From the NCBI GenBank assembly GCA_019638115.1, contig JAHBUK010000002.1, positions 5,867 through 69,866 on the forward strand: 64,000 bases of DNA, in the 5' to 3' direction. This document shows positions 8,624-16,382 of this stretch, piece by piece. This stretch comes from Flavobacteriales bacterium. Lineage in GTDB: Bacteria; Bacteroidota; Bacteroidia; Flavobacteriales_F; PHOS-HE28. Made by a program: the position numbers and the translations under genes. A model generated the notes under the pieces. That model did no database searches. It was not told where the DNA came from and saw nothing but the letters and a program-made list of their open reading frames with translations. Every line of letters starts with the position of its first letter. Within the stretch, counting starts at the first letter, position 1.

Positions 8624-10675
8624 ATGTCCCTCGAAGCCACCGAAAAACGCCAGCTCACCTACGAGCGCGGCAACCACAGCGACGCTTTCCTCATCAGCAC
8701 CTACGAGAAGCTGGTGTACCCGCGCATCATCGAAGAGAAGATGCTGAGCCTGCTGCGGCAGGGCAAGATCAGCAAGTGGTTCAGCGGCATCGGGCAGGAG
8801 GCCATCGCCGTGGGCGCCACCATGGCCCTGCAGGACGACGAGTACATCCTGCCCATGCACCGCAATCTGGGCGTATTCACCACGCGGGGCATGCCTTTCC
8901 GCAAGCTGTTCGCGCAGTGGCAGGGCAAGGCCACGGGCTACAGCAAGGGCCGCGAGCGAAGCTTCCACTTCGGCAGCCAGGAGCACAAGGTGGTGGGCAT
9001 GATCAGCCACCTTGGGCCGCAGATGGGCATCGCCGATGGCATCGCGCTGGCCCACAAGCTTAAGAAGGAGAACCGCTGCACCATCGTCTTCACCGGCGAT
9101 GGCGCCACGAGCGAGGGCGATTTCCACGAGAGCGTGAACGTGGCGGCGGTGTGGGACCTGCCCGTGCTGTTCATCATTGAGAACAACGGCTACGGACTGA
9201 GCACGCCCAGCAGCGAGCAGTTCCGCATGAAGCAGTTCACCGACAAGGCCATCGGCTATGGCATCGAAACGGTACAACTGGCGGGCAACAACATCTTGGA
9301 GGTGTACGACGCCCTGGCGTGGTGGGCCAACAGCGTGCGCGAGAACCCGCGTCCGGTGCTGATCGAATGCATGACCTTCCGCATGCGCGGTCACGAAGAG
9401 GCCAGCGGCACCAAGTACGTTCCCAAAGAGCTGTTCGAGGAGTGGGGCAGGAAGGATCCCGTGGCCAACTACGAGAATTGGCTGGTGGCGACGGGTGTGC
9501 TGACCATTGCCCAGAAGGACGAGATCCGTGCGCGGCTGAAGGACGGCATCGAAGCCGATCTGAAGGTGGCGTTCGAGGAGCCGGAACCGGTGCCGGTGGA
9601 AACCGCTGAGGTTGGGGACGTGTATGCAAATTCCGCCACTGGCCTATTGCCGCTGGCTACTGGCCCCTTGGAGGATCGGGCCAGTAGCCAGCAGCCAATA
9701 GCCATTGGCGAGTCCCGCGAGATCAGAATGATCGACGCCATCCAGGAAGGCATGCGTCAAAGCATGGAACGCCACCCGGAATTGGTGCTGATGGGCCAGG
9801 ACATCGCCGAGTACGGCGGGGCCTTCAAGATCACGGACGGTTTCGTGGAGAAGTTCGGCAAGGACCGGGTGCGCAATACGCCGCTGTGCGAGAGCGCCAT
9901 CCTGGGTGCGGCGCTGGGCCTCAGCATCAAGGGCATGAAGGCCATGATGGAGATGCAGTTCGCCGATTTCGTGAGCGAGGGTATGACCCAGATCTGCAAC
10001 AACCTGGCGAAGATCCATTACCGCTGGGGGCAGCACGCCGATGTGGTGGTGCGCATGCCCACTGGCGCCGGAGTGGGGGCGGGGCCCTTCCACAGCCAGA
10101 GCAACGAGATGTGGTTCGTGAAGACGCCCGGCCTGAAGGTGGTGTACCCCAGCAACCCCTACGACGCCAAGGGCCTGCTGATGACCGCCTTCGACGACCC
10201 GAACCCGGTGATGTTCTTCGAGCACAAAGCGATGTACCGCAGTATCAGCGGACCGGTGCCTGAGCAGCCGTACAGCATACCCTTCGGCAAGGCGCGGGTG
10301 GTGCGCGAGGGCAGCGACCTGAGCATCATCACATACGGAATGGGTGTGCATTGGGCGACGGCCGTGCAGGAGGAGACGGGCATCAGCATGGACATCATCG
10401 ACCTGCGTACGCTCGTACCCTTGGACGTGGAGACCATCCTCGCCAGCGTGAAGAAGACCGGTAAGGTGCTGCTGCTGCACGAGGACACACTGACCGCCGG
10501 TTTCGGTGGCGAGCTGGCGGCCATCATCGCAGAGCAGGCCTTCGAGTACCTGGATGCCCCGATCATGCGTGTGGCCAGCTGGGATACGCCGGTGCCCTTC
10601 GCGGTGCCGTTGGAGCAGGGTTTCCTGCCGAAGGGACGGTTGAGGGAGGCGGTGGAACGGTTGGCGGGGTATTAG
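8624..10675 (+). CDS. fused alpha/beta E1 component of a 2-oxoacid (pyruvate/branched-chain) dehydrogenase, TPP-dependent
   Basis: The N-terminal half is E1-alpha-like (TPP motif region GDGATSEGDFHESVN). The C-terminal half is E1-beta-like (LVLMGQDIAEYGGAFKIT..., FEHKAMYR). This fusion is common in Bacteroidota. Confidence 0.85.
   Translation: MSLEATEKRQLTYERGNHSDAFLISTYEKLVYPRIIEEKMLSLLRQGKISKWFSGIGQEAIAVGATMALQDDEYILPMHRNLGVFTTRGMPFRKLFAQWQGKATGYSKGRERSFHFGSQEHKVVGMISHLGPQMGIADGIALAHKLKKENRCTIVFTGDGATSEGDFHESVNVAAVWDLPVLFIIENNGYGLSTPSSEQFRMKQFTDKAIGYGIETVQLAGNNILEVYDALAWWANSVRENPRPVLIECMTFRMRGHEEASGTKYVPKELFEEWGRKDPVANYENWLVATGVLTIAQKDEIRARLKDGIEADLKVAFEEPEPVPVETAEVGDVYANSATGLLPLATGPLEDRASSQQPIAIGESREIRMIDAIQEGMRQSMERHPELVLMGQDIAEYGGAFKITDGFVEKFGKDRVRNTPLCESAILGAALGLSIKGMKAMMEMQFADFVSEGMTQICNNLAKIHYRWGQHADVVVRMPTGAGVGAGPFHSQSNEMWFVKTPGLKVVYPSNPYDAKGLLMTAFDDPNPVMFFEHKAMYRSISGPVPEQPYSIPFGKARVVREGSDLSIITYGMGVHWATAVQEETGISMDIIDLRTLVPLDVETILASVKKTGKVLLLHEDTLTAGFGGELAAIIAEQAFEYLDAPIMRVASWDTPVPFAVPLEQGFLPKGRLREAVERLAGY
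9635..9708. repeat. imperfect ~30-bp inverted repeat (hairpin) located in-frame in the E1 alpha-beta linker
   Basis: ccactggcctattgccgctggctactggcc ... ggccagtagccagcagccaatagccattgg encodes the linker TGLLPLATGPLEDRASSQQPIAIG. Confidence 0.65.
10601..10675. repeat. direct repeat copy 1 (native 3' end of E1 gene)
   Basis: The 75 bp gcggtgccgttggagcagggtttcctgccgaagggacggttgagggaggcggtggaacggttggcggggtattag is repeated about 90% identical at 11225-11299. Confidence 0.8.
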
Positions 10676-10691
10676 GTCGCTGATCGGCATC

Positions 10692-10716
10692 CCACTGCCG
10701 GTGATCGTGGCACCGG
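10692..10716 (+). terminator. hairpin just downstream of E1 stop (9-bp perfect stem ctgccggtg/caccggcag), no T-run
   Basis: It was seen directly. The function is inferred. Confidence 0.3.
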
Positions 10717-10850
10717 CAGCGTCGACTAGGCTGACCGACCGATGGTGATGGACGCGATCAACCTCCTACCACCACATTTTCGGCCGGGACCTTTTCCATC
10801 GAATGCTTCCGTGATTTGTGACACGCCCTTCCCATGAATAGTTTCGCTCC

Positions 10851-11189
10851 ATGCCTTTGGACGTGGACTCTCTGATAGAACGCGGTCTGACCCTGAAAAG
10901 GGAAGGCGGCAGTGGACGTCAGCTCAGTGAATTCCTCGAGCGTGAAGGCGCTGATGAAGGAGCCCGCCGCTTCATCCTGCGGCAGATCGACAAGCGGTTG
11001 CTGAAGGAGCACCAAGCCAAGGGTTCGGGGATGTACCAAAGCATGAAGGGATTCCTGGGCTTCGGGTTGATGGCGGGCGGAGCGCTACTGGGGTGGTTCC
11101 TATGGGCGGGGATCGACGGCTGGAACGTAATCAGCACAGTGCCCTTCATCATGTTCGGAGCAGGTCTGTGGGTGCTGAATTCGAAGTAG
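10851..11189 (+). CDS. hypothetical small membrane protein (soluble N-terminal ~65 aa + two C-terminal TM helices)
   Basis: The ORF has the hydrophobic stretches GFLGFGLMAGGALLGWFLWAGI and VISTVPFIMFGAGLWVL. It lies inside the segment bounded by the E1 3'-end duplication. Confidence 0.5.
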   Translation: MPLDVDSLIERGLTLKREGGSGRQLSEFLEREGADEGARRFILRQIDKRLLKEHQAKGSGMYQSMKGFLGFGLMAGGALLGWFLWAGIDGWNVISTVPFIMFGAGLWVLNSK

Positions 11190-11224
11190 GGGAGATTCTC
11201 TAGGGTATCTGCAGTCGTGCTTAG

Positions 11225-11299
11225 CGGTGCCGTTGGAGTAGGGGTTCCTGGCGAAGGGAAGGTTGAGGGAGGGGGTGGGACGGTTGGCGGGGTATTGAA
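11225..11299. repeat. direct repeat copy 2 (diverged duplicate of E1 gene 3' end)
   Basis: gcggtgccgttggagtaggggttcctggcgaagggaaggttgagggagggggtgggacggttggcggggtattga has about 8 mismatches versus copy 1. Confidence 0.8.
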
Positions 11300-11324
11300 T
11301 GCATGTAAAAAGTTTGAGGACGAC

Positions 11325-12044
11325 ATGAAGAACGGCGCAGTCCTTTTATTGGATGTCCTAGGATGGAAGGGCATATGGCTCCGAAGGTCTGATGCTATTG
11401 AAGCAATGCTGCAACTGGTTGCTAGTTGTCGGGATGCAATATCTTCTTTTTCGGGTGATAAGGTAATGGGGGATAGGTTTTCCGGATTAAGGGTTGAAGT
11501 GCTTACAATATCAGATACTATTGCAATTACTTGCCATGGTGAATTAGATGAATCTGTCGAACTACTTTCTTATGTGGGAAACTATTTAATCATTAATGGA
11601 ATAGGGTGTCATTTGCCGCTGCGAGGTGCGTTAAGTTATGGTCTTTTTAAGTCTTCGAGTAACGTGTTGTTGGGACCTGCGGTAGATGAGGTAGCATCTT
11701 GGTATGAAAATTCAGAATGGATTGGGGGATTCTTAACACCTTCAGCTTCCTTGAAAGTGAATATCGATAATTTTGTTTATCCTCATCTGTTGGTTCGCCA
11801 TGATGTTCCAACGAAAAATGGCACGTACAAAAATGGATTGTGCTTGAACTGGCCTATTGTTTGGGCATCAGAAGAGAATGCTGTAGAGGCTAGGGATAGA
11901 TTCATTTCTCATATCCTGAATTTAGGTCCATCTATGCCCGAAGTATATTCAAAGCTTAGTAATACGATTGATTTTTATGATAAAAATTCCACTCCGGATA
12001 GGGAGAATTTTTCCGAGCTAAAGGACCGGTTTGAAGATAGTTAG
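11325..12044 (+). CDS. standalone class III nucleotidyl cyclase-like (adenylate/guanylate cyclase - GGDEF palm fold) protein, AT-rich foreign gene
   Basis: The coding region is about 40% GC, against a background near 64%. Its motifs align to the class III AC catalytic domain. LLLDVLGWKG matches F.DIVGFT with metal Asp 1. FSGDKVMG matches FVGDAIM with metal Asp 2. GIGCHLPLRGALSYGLF matches GIH.G.AVVGLFG. LGPAVDEVASWYE matches IGPSVNIAARLQE, but with Asn to Asp and Arg to Trp substitutions. Confidence 0.55.
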   Translation: MKNGAVLLLDVLGWKGIWLRRSDAIEAMLQLVASCRDAISSFSGDKVMGDRFSGLRVEVLTISDTIAITCHGELDESVELLSYVGNYLIINGIGCHLPLRGALSYGLFKSSSNVLLGPAVDEVASWYENSEWIGGFLTPSASLKVNIDNFVYPHLLVRHDVPTKNGTYKNGLCLNWPIVWASEENAVEARDRFISHILNLGPSMPEVYSKLSNTIDFYDKNSTPDRENFSELKDRFEDS

Positions 12045-12133
12045 AATTGGAATGTCTGCCTGCCCATTCTTCGTGCTCTTGCCCGATCTATTCGGACCGG
12101 CGGACACGCGCTGCGCAACGTTCTAGGCATGAC

Positions 12134-12361
12134 CTAATTCGCAGGAAGGATCAGCTCATCCAACTTCTTCACCTTCTTCATCACTTTCCCATCCTTGTTC
12201 ACCATCACCAACCATCCATCGCGCTCCACCATGATGGTCTTGCGCACTGAGAACGCCTGCCGCTCCGCGCGCTTCATAGCCGTCTTAAAGGCCTTGGCCA
12301 TGGCTTCACCTTCAGCACTGGGTTTCTTGCGGGTGATGATGGTGGTCTTCTTCACTGGCAT
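12134..12361 (-). CDS. small conserved hypothetical protein (75 aa, lysine-rich)
   Basis: The ORF is MPVKKTTIITRKKPSAEGEAMAKAFKTAMKRAERQAFSV..., with native GC and no overlap with a better gene. Confidence 0.5.
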   Translation of the reverse strand: MPVKKTTIITRKKPSAEGEAMAKAFKTAMKRAERQAFSVRKTIMVERDGWLVMVNKDGKVMKKVKKLDELILPAN

Positions 12362-12432
12362 GCTTCAAAGTTAGCAGGCTCGGTAACGTTCAGTACACAC
12401 GCTCAGGTCGATATTTGTATGCAGAAGAAGCC

Positions 12433-12822
12433 ATGATCCCCATGCGCCCCATCCTCCCCATCCTTCTCGCGGCCCTCTCCCTCACCGCCTGCGTCAAACC
12501 CGACGACATCCACGAGGGCGACTACCACGTGGCCAACCACCTCAGCACCGGTCTGAAGGTCTACGCGGAGTACCGGAACCAGCCCGTGTCCTTGCTGCGT
12601 GACACCGTGCCGCCTGGTGATACGGTCCACATCCACCATGTGAAGGAAGGCAGCGGTGGCCACGTTTACCCCAGCAACTTCTTCTCGGTGTTCCGGATCA
12701 CCACGGTGGACAGCGGCGGTGCCGAGGTGATCGTCCATCAAGGGCTGGACCATCGGCCTTGGCGGACGTGGGATACTGGAACACAAGGCAAAGCGCTTCA
12801 ACTACTGCTGGTGGTGGAGTGA
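12433..12822 (+). CDS. hypothetical lipoprotein
   Basis: It has the lipobox-like signal MIPMRPILPILLAALSLTAC. Confidence 0.5.
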   Translation: MIPMRPILPILLAALSLTACVKPDDIHEGDYHVANHLSTGLKVYAEYRNQPVSLLRDTVPPGDTVHIHHVKEGSGGHVYPSNFFSVFRITTVDSGGAEVIVHQGLDHRPWRTWDTGTQGKALQLLLVVE

Positions 12823-12912
12823 GGCATGCATTTCACCGGCCCGGAAAGTTCCGGTCATCGGTTTTCCGTAGTTGGTCCGCTGGTAGCTTTGGACCACCTA
12901 AACCGCAATACC

Positions 12913-13806
12913 ATGAAACGTGTCCACCTGCTTCTGAGCTCCATGGCCCTGCTGCTGATGCTCGCTCCTTCCTGCGTGTCCAAGAAGAAGTACGCATCCT
13001 TGACCATGTCCAATGAAACACTCCGCAGCAAATTGGAAGAGTGCAACAGGGGAATGGACAAGTGCCGGGGAGACCTGAGCATAACGGAGGCCCGCCTGAG
13101 TGAGCTGCAGAACAAGAACCAGCACTTGGTGGACCAGGTGGCGCAGTTGAACAATACCAACGCCGCCCTGCTGAACAACGTGAGCCAGATGGCCACACTC
13201 TCCAAGCAGGAAGCCGTGAACCTGGAGAAGTCTTTGGAGCAGATCCGCGAACAGGACCTGCGCATCCGCCGCCTGCAAGACGCGATGAGCAAGAAGGACT
13301 CGGTGACCTTGGCCTTGGTGGTGAGCCTGAAAAGCTCGCTCGGCAACCTGAACGACACGGACGTGGTGGTGAACGTGGAGAAAAGCGTGGTCTTCATCTC
13401 GTTGAGCGACAAGATGCTCTTCCGCAGCGGCAGTACCGACCTAAGCCCACGTGCAAAGGAAGTGCTGGCCAAGGTGGCCACCGTGCTCAACGACAAGCCC
13501 GAAATGGAAGTGCTGGTGGAAGGCCACACGGACAATGTGCCCATTCGTAGGGACTGTTTCAAGGACAACTGGGACCTGAGCGCTGCACGTGCCACCACCA
13601 TAGCGCGCGTGTTGCAGACCGATTACAAGGTGGATCCCGCACGGATCACTGCTGGTGGTCGCAGCGAGTATGTGCCCTTGGTTCCGAACGATACCGCGGA
13701 CAACCGTTCCACGAACCGCCGCATCCGCATTGTGATCCTACCCAAGTTGGACCAGTTCTTCGGCATGATCGAGGATGGGCTGAAGCTGGCGGAAGGTCAG
13801 CAGTGA
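12913..13806 (+). CDS. OmpA/MotB family protein with N-terminal coiled coil
   Basis: It has a C-terminal OmpA-like domain (VVFISLSDKMLFRSGSTDLSPRAKEVL...VEGHTDNVPI...NRSTNRRIRIVI) and the signal peptide MKRVHLLLSSMALLLMLAPSC. Confidence 0.8.
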   Translation: MKRVHLLLSSMALLLMLAPSCVSKKKYASLTMSNETLRSKLEECNRGMDKCRGDLSITEARLSELQNKNQHLVDQVAQLNNTNAALLNNVSQMATLSKQEAVNLEKSLEQIREQDLRIRRLQDAMSKKDSVTLALVVSLKSSLGNLNDTDVVVNVEKSVVFISLSDKMLFRSGSTDLSPRAKEVLAKVATVLNDKPEMEVLVEGHTDNVPIRRDCFKDNWDLSAARATTIARVLQTDYKVDPARITAGGRSEYVPLVPNDTADNRSTNRRIRIVILPKLDQFFGMIEDGLKLAEGQQ

Positions 13807-13864
13807 TCAACGAGCCTGTTCATCCAGTGCCTGCTGAGGTGTCGTCGACCATTGCCAGGCTTCT

Positions 13865-14030
13865 GAGAGCCTGTTTAGTATCTCTTCAAACTCGTCCCCC
13901 GGTCTCTTTTCCGCCCATGCTTCGCCGAAAAATGATCCCGTAGGCACCGCTACGCGATGATTTTTCGGTTACGCCTGTACGAAAAACAGCCTCGGGGTCC
14001 ATCGTTCAAGAGATCCTAAACAGGCTCTGA
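13865..14030. repeat. nested inverted repeats in a 520-bp intergenic region (outer tgagagcctgtttag.atctctt.aaac arms ~110 bp apart; inner ccgaaaaatgatc/gatgatttttcgg)
   Basis: It was seen directly. It is a possible MITE remnant or a structured RNA. Confidence 0.4.
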
Positions 14031-14325
14031 ACGATGGTCTCCGTTTCCGACGCGGTCCGGTCATTGTGTTGCGCTTGCGCTGAGAGCATGCGATGGTAAG
14101 CTGCGGGAAGGTTCGATCGGTATCTGAGCGACATGACCTCGAAGCAACAGCCATGGGTGCAATGTGCTGAGGAGGCTTCGTGCGGCGGATTTCGGGAACC
14201 TGACCTCGTTGGAGTAACACGTGTTTCCGTTCGTTGGTCGGCGGTCCGGCCTGTGCGTATTGCCACTCGATCGTGAGCCTTGTTCCATAAGCCTACGTTC
14301 AGCACGCTTAGGTTTGCGCGCTCCC

Positions 14326-15303
14326 ATGCCCCAGCGTACCCATTTCCCTGGCATCTTGCTCGCCATGCTCATCGGTCTGGGCGGGTACTTCGGATCGGCG
14401 TACACTCCCGCTTGGCTCAACGGCATACTTCTGGCGCTGCTGTTGGGCATGGTGGTGGGCAACCTGCTGAAACTACCAGCGGTGGTCCAACCTGGTATCG
14501 GCTTCACCAGCAGCAAGCTCCTTGAGCTTTCGGTACTCTTCCTGGCCTTCAGTATCAACTACGGGCACATCACGCGGCTTGGCGCATCGTCCTTCAGCAT
14601 CGTGCTGATCATGGTGCTGGGCATGGTGTTCATCACCTACCACCTGGCCCGGCAGGTGCGCTGCCCCGGCAGCACGGGCTGGCTGGTGGGCTTCGGAACG
14701 GCCATCTGTGGCAGCAGCGCCATCGCCGCACTGGCGCCCCGCGTGGCGAAGAACAAGGATGATGTGGGCATCGCCATGGCCGTGGTTAACCTCTTCGGTA
14801 GCGTGGGCATGGTCGTGCTGCCGCTGGTGCTCGTGCGCTTCGACCTCAGCGATACCCAGCTCGGCATCCTCATCGGAGGTACGCTGCATAGCGTGGGCAA
14901 CGTGGTGGGCGCAGGCTACACCATCAGCGATGGCGTGGGCGAAGCGGCCACCACCATCAAGTTGGCGCGGGTGGCCATGCTCAGCCCGGCCTTGATCCTC
15001 TTCAACCTGCTGGTGGATCGTGATGAGTCGCAAGGCTGGCGCCAGCAGCTGCGTTTGCCTTGGTACCTCTGGGGCTTCATCGGCATCACGCTCCTGACCT
15101 CGGTCGTCACCCTGCCCGCAGAGCTGCTCCGCGCCGTGGACGTGGCGGGCAAGCTGGCGCTCACCATCGCCTTGGCGGCCATCGGCCTCAAGGTGAGCTT
15201 CGGCGAGCTGCTGGCCAGCGGCCGCAAGGGCTTGGGCTTCGGACTGATCGTGTTCGCCGTGCAGTTCGCACTGGTGGCGGGCTTGATGGTGCTGGTGGGG
15301 TAG
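14326..15303 (+). CDS. yeiH: YeiH/UPF0324 family putative sulfate exporter membrane protein
   Basis: It is polytopic, with the typical motifs GTAICGSSAIAA and LIGGTLHSVGNVVGAGY. Confidence 0.8.
   Translation: MPQRTHFPGILLAMLIGLGGYFGSAYTPAWLNGILLALLLGMVVGNLLKLPAVVQPGIGFTSSKLLELSVLFLAFSINYGHITRLGASSFSIVLIMVLGMVFITYHLARQVRCPGSTGWLVGFGTAICGSSAIAALAPRVAKNKDDVGIAMAVVNLFGSVGMVVLPLVLVRFDLSDTQLGILIGGTLHSVGNVVGAGYTISDGVGEAATTIKLARVAMLSPALILFNLLVDRDESQGWRQQLRLPWYLWGFIGITLLTSVVTLPAELLRAVDVAGKLALTIALAAIGLKVSFGELLASGRKGLGFGLIVFAVQFALVAGLMVLVG
15166..15303. repeat. direct repeat copy 1 (native 3' end of yeiH)
   Basis: The 138 bp atcgccttggcggccatcggcctcaaggtgagcttcggcgagctgctggccagcggccgcaagggcttgggcttcgg... 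is repeated at 16180-16316. Confidence 0.85.
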
Positions 15304-15528
15304 GGTGCAGGGCATCCGTTATCCGGGAGTGGTTCCCCGCCGCAGCGCCAAGGATGGTGAGTGGGAGCGGATCGCCCCCTGCGAACCTGTCTTTGCCCAA
15401 GGCGGACAGGTACGGGGTACGAGCAAGCCCCCCCATCCATCGCAGCAAGCCCTTCTGGAGCGACTTGACGAACTACAAGCGACCACCGCTTACCGACAGC
15501 TAATTGCCGCCGATCGCTCCCGCCACCC

Positions 15529-16071
15529 TCACTGCCCAAAGTGGTAGCCCACGGCCACGGTAAAAGACCAGGGCCGCTGCAGGATCTCCACGTCGGGGCG
15601 CTTGTCCAGGGCATCCAGGTCATCCTCGTATTCCGTGGGGCGCTGCGGGAAGATCACCTGCACGCTCCAGTAGCGCCGGGGCTGGCGAAGGCCATGGATC
15701 TCCAGCCCTATGCCGAAAGAGGTGCCGTAGTAGAGTTGGTTCTCCTCCGGCAGGCCCCGAACGGCGATGGCCGCATTGTAGCCGTACATGCCGGTGATCA
15801 GGGGACACACCCGCGAATTGGGCGATAAACGCAGGTTCATGCCCACGTTGTAGCCCAAGCCTGCCAGGGCATAGCCGCCTCCGGCAAAGAGCGCCACCGG
15901 CTGCCACGGACGCACCTGGAACTGCCCGCCCAAGCCACCGTAGGGTTGGCCGAAACCAATGCCAAAAACCCAAGCGGACGGCACGGCCTAGTAGCCGCTG
16001 GTGGCTTCCGCCAGCTCCTGGGCATGCAGCAGGCCGGGTGCCATGGCGAGGGTGAGGAGGAACTGGCGCAT
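15529..16071 (-). pseudogene. outer-membrane/secreted-like protein gene with in-frame TAG between signal peptide and mature domain
   Basis: The minus strand reads MRQFLLTLAMAPGLLHAQELAEATSGY-TAG-AVPSAWVFGIGFGQPYGGLGG... in one frame. It is intact only if it starts at an internal GTG, which would leave no signal peptide. Confidence 0.4.
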
Positions 16072-16179
16072 GCCTCGAATGTAGGTGCGTGAAGCGGCAT
16101 TTACAAGCGCTCCGACCGTCACCATGGACCGCTCCTCAACGCACCCGCCCTGCAGGGAGTGTAGGGCGCGCAACGGCCC

Positions 16180-16316
16180 ATCGCCTTGGCGGCCATCGGC
16201 CTCAAGGTGAGCTTCGGCGAGCTGCTGGCCAGCGGCCGCAAGGGCTTGGGCTTCGGGCTGATCGTGTTCGCCGTGCAATTCGCGCTGGTGGCGGTGCTGC
16301 TGGTGGCGCTGGGGTG
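16180..16316. repeat. direct repeat copy 2 (diverged duplicate of yeiH 3' end, reading frame preserved)
   Basis: The copy has about 10 substitutions, mostly synonymous or conservative in the yeiH frame, and ends in TGA instead of TAG. Confidence 0.85.
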
Positions 16317-16382
16317 AGCTTCGATCCGTAGGATGGCTTTTCTTTGAAAGGCGCAGCATCCCTAAAGCTGGGCAAGCAACAC

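Noticed and set aside
9644-10690. 348-aa minus-strand ORF
   Set aside because: It is antisense to the E1 alpha/beta gene.
16089-16331. 80-aa + ORF over the second yeiH-end copy
   Set aside because: It is in a different frame from the conserved yeiH frame and has Arg/Gly-rich composition. It is spurious.
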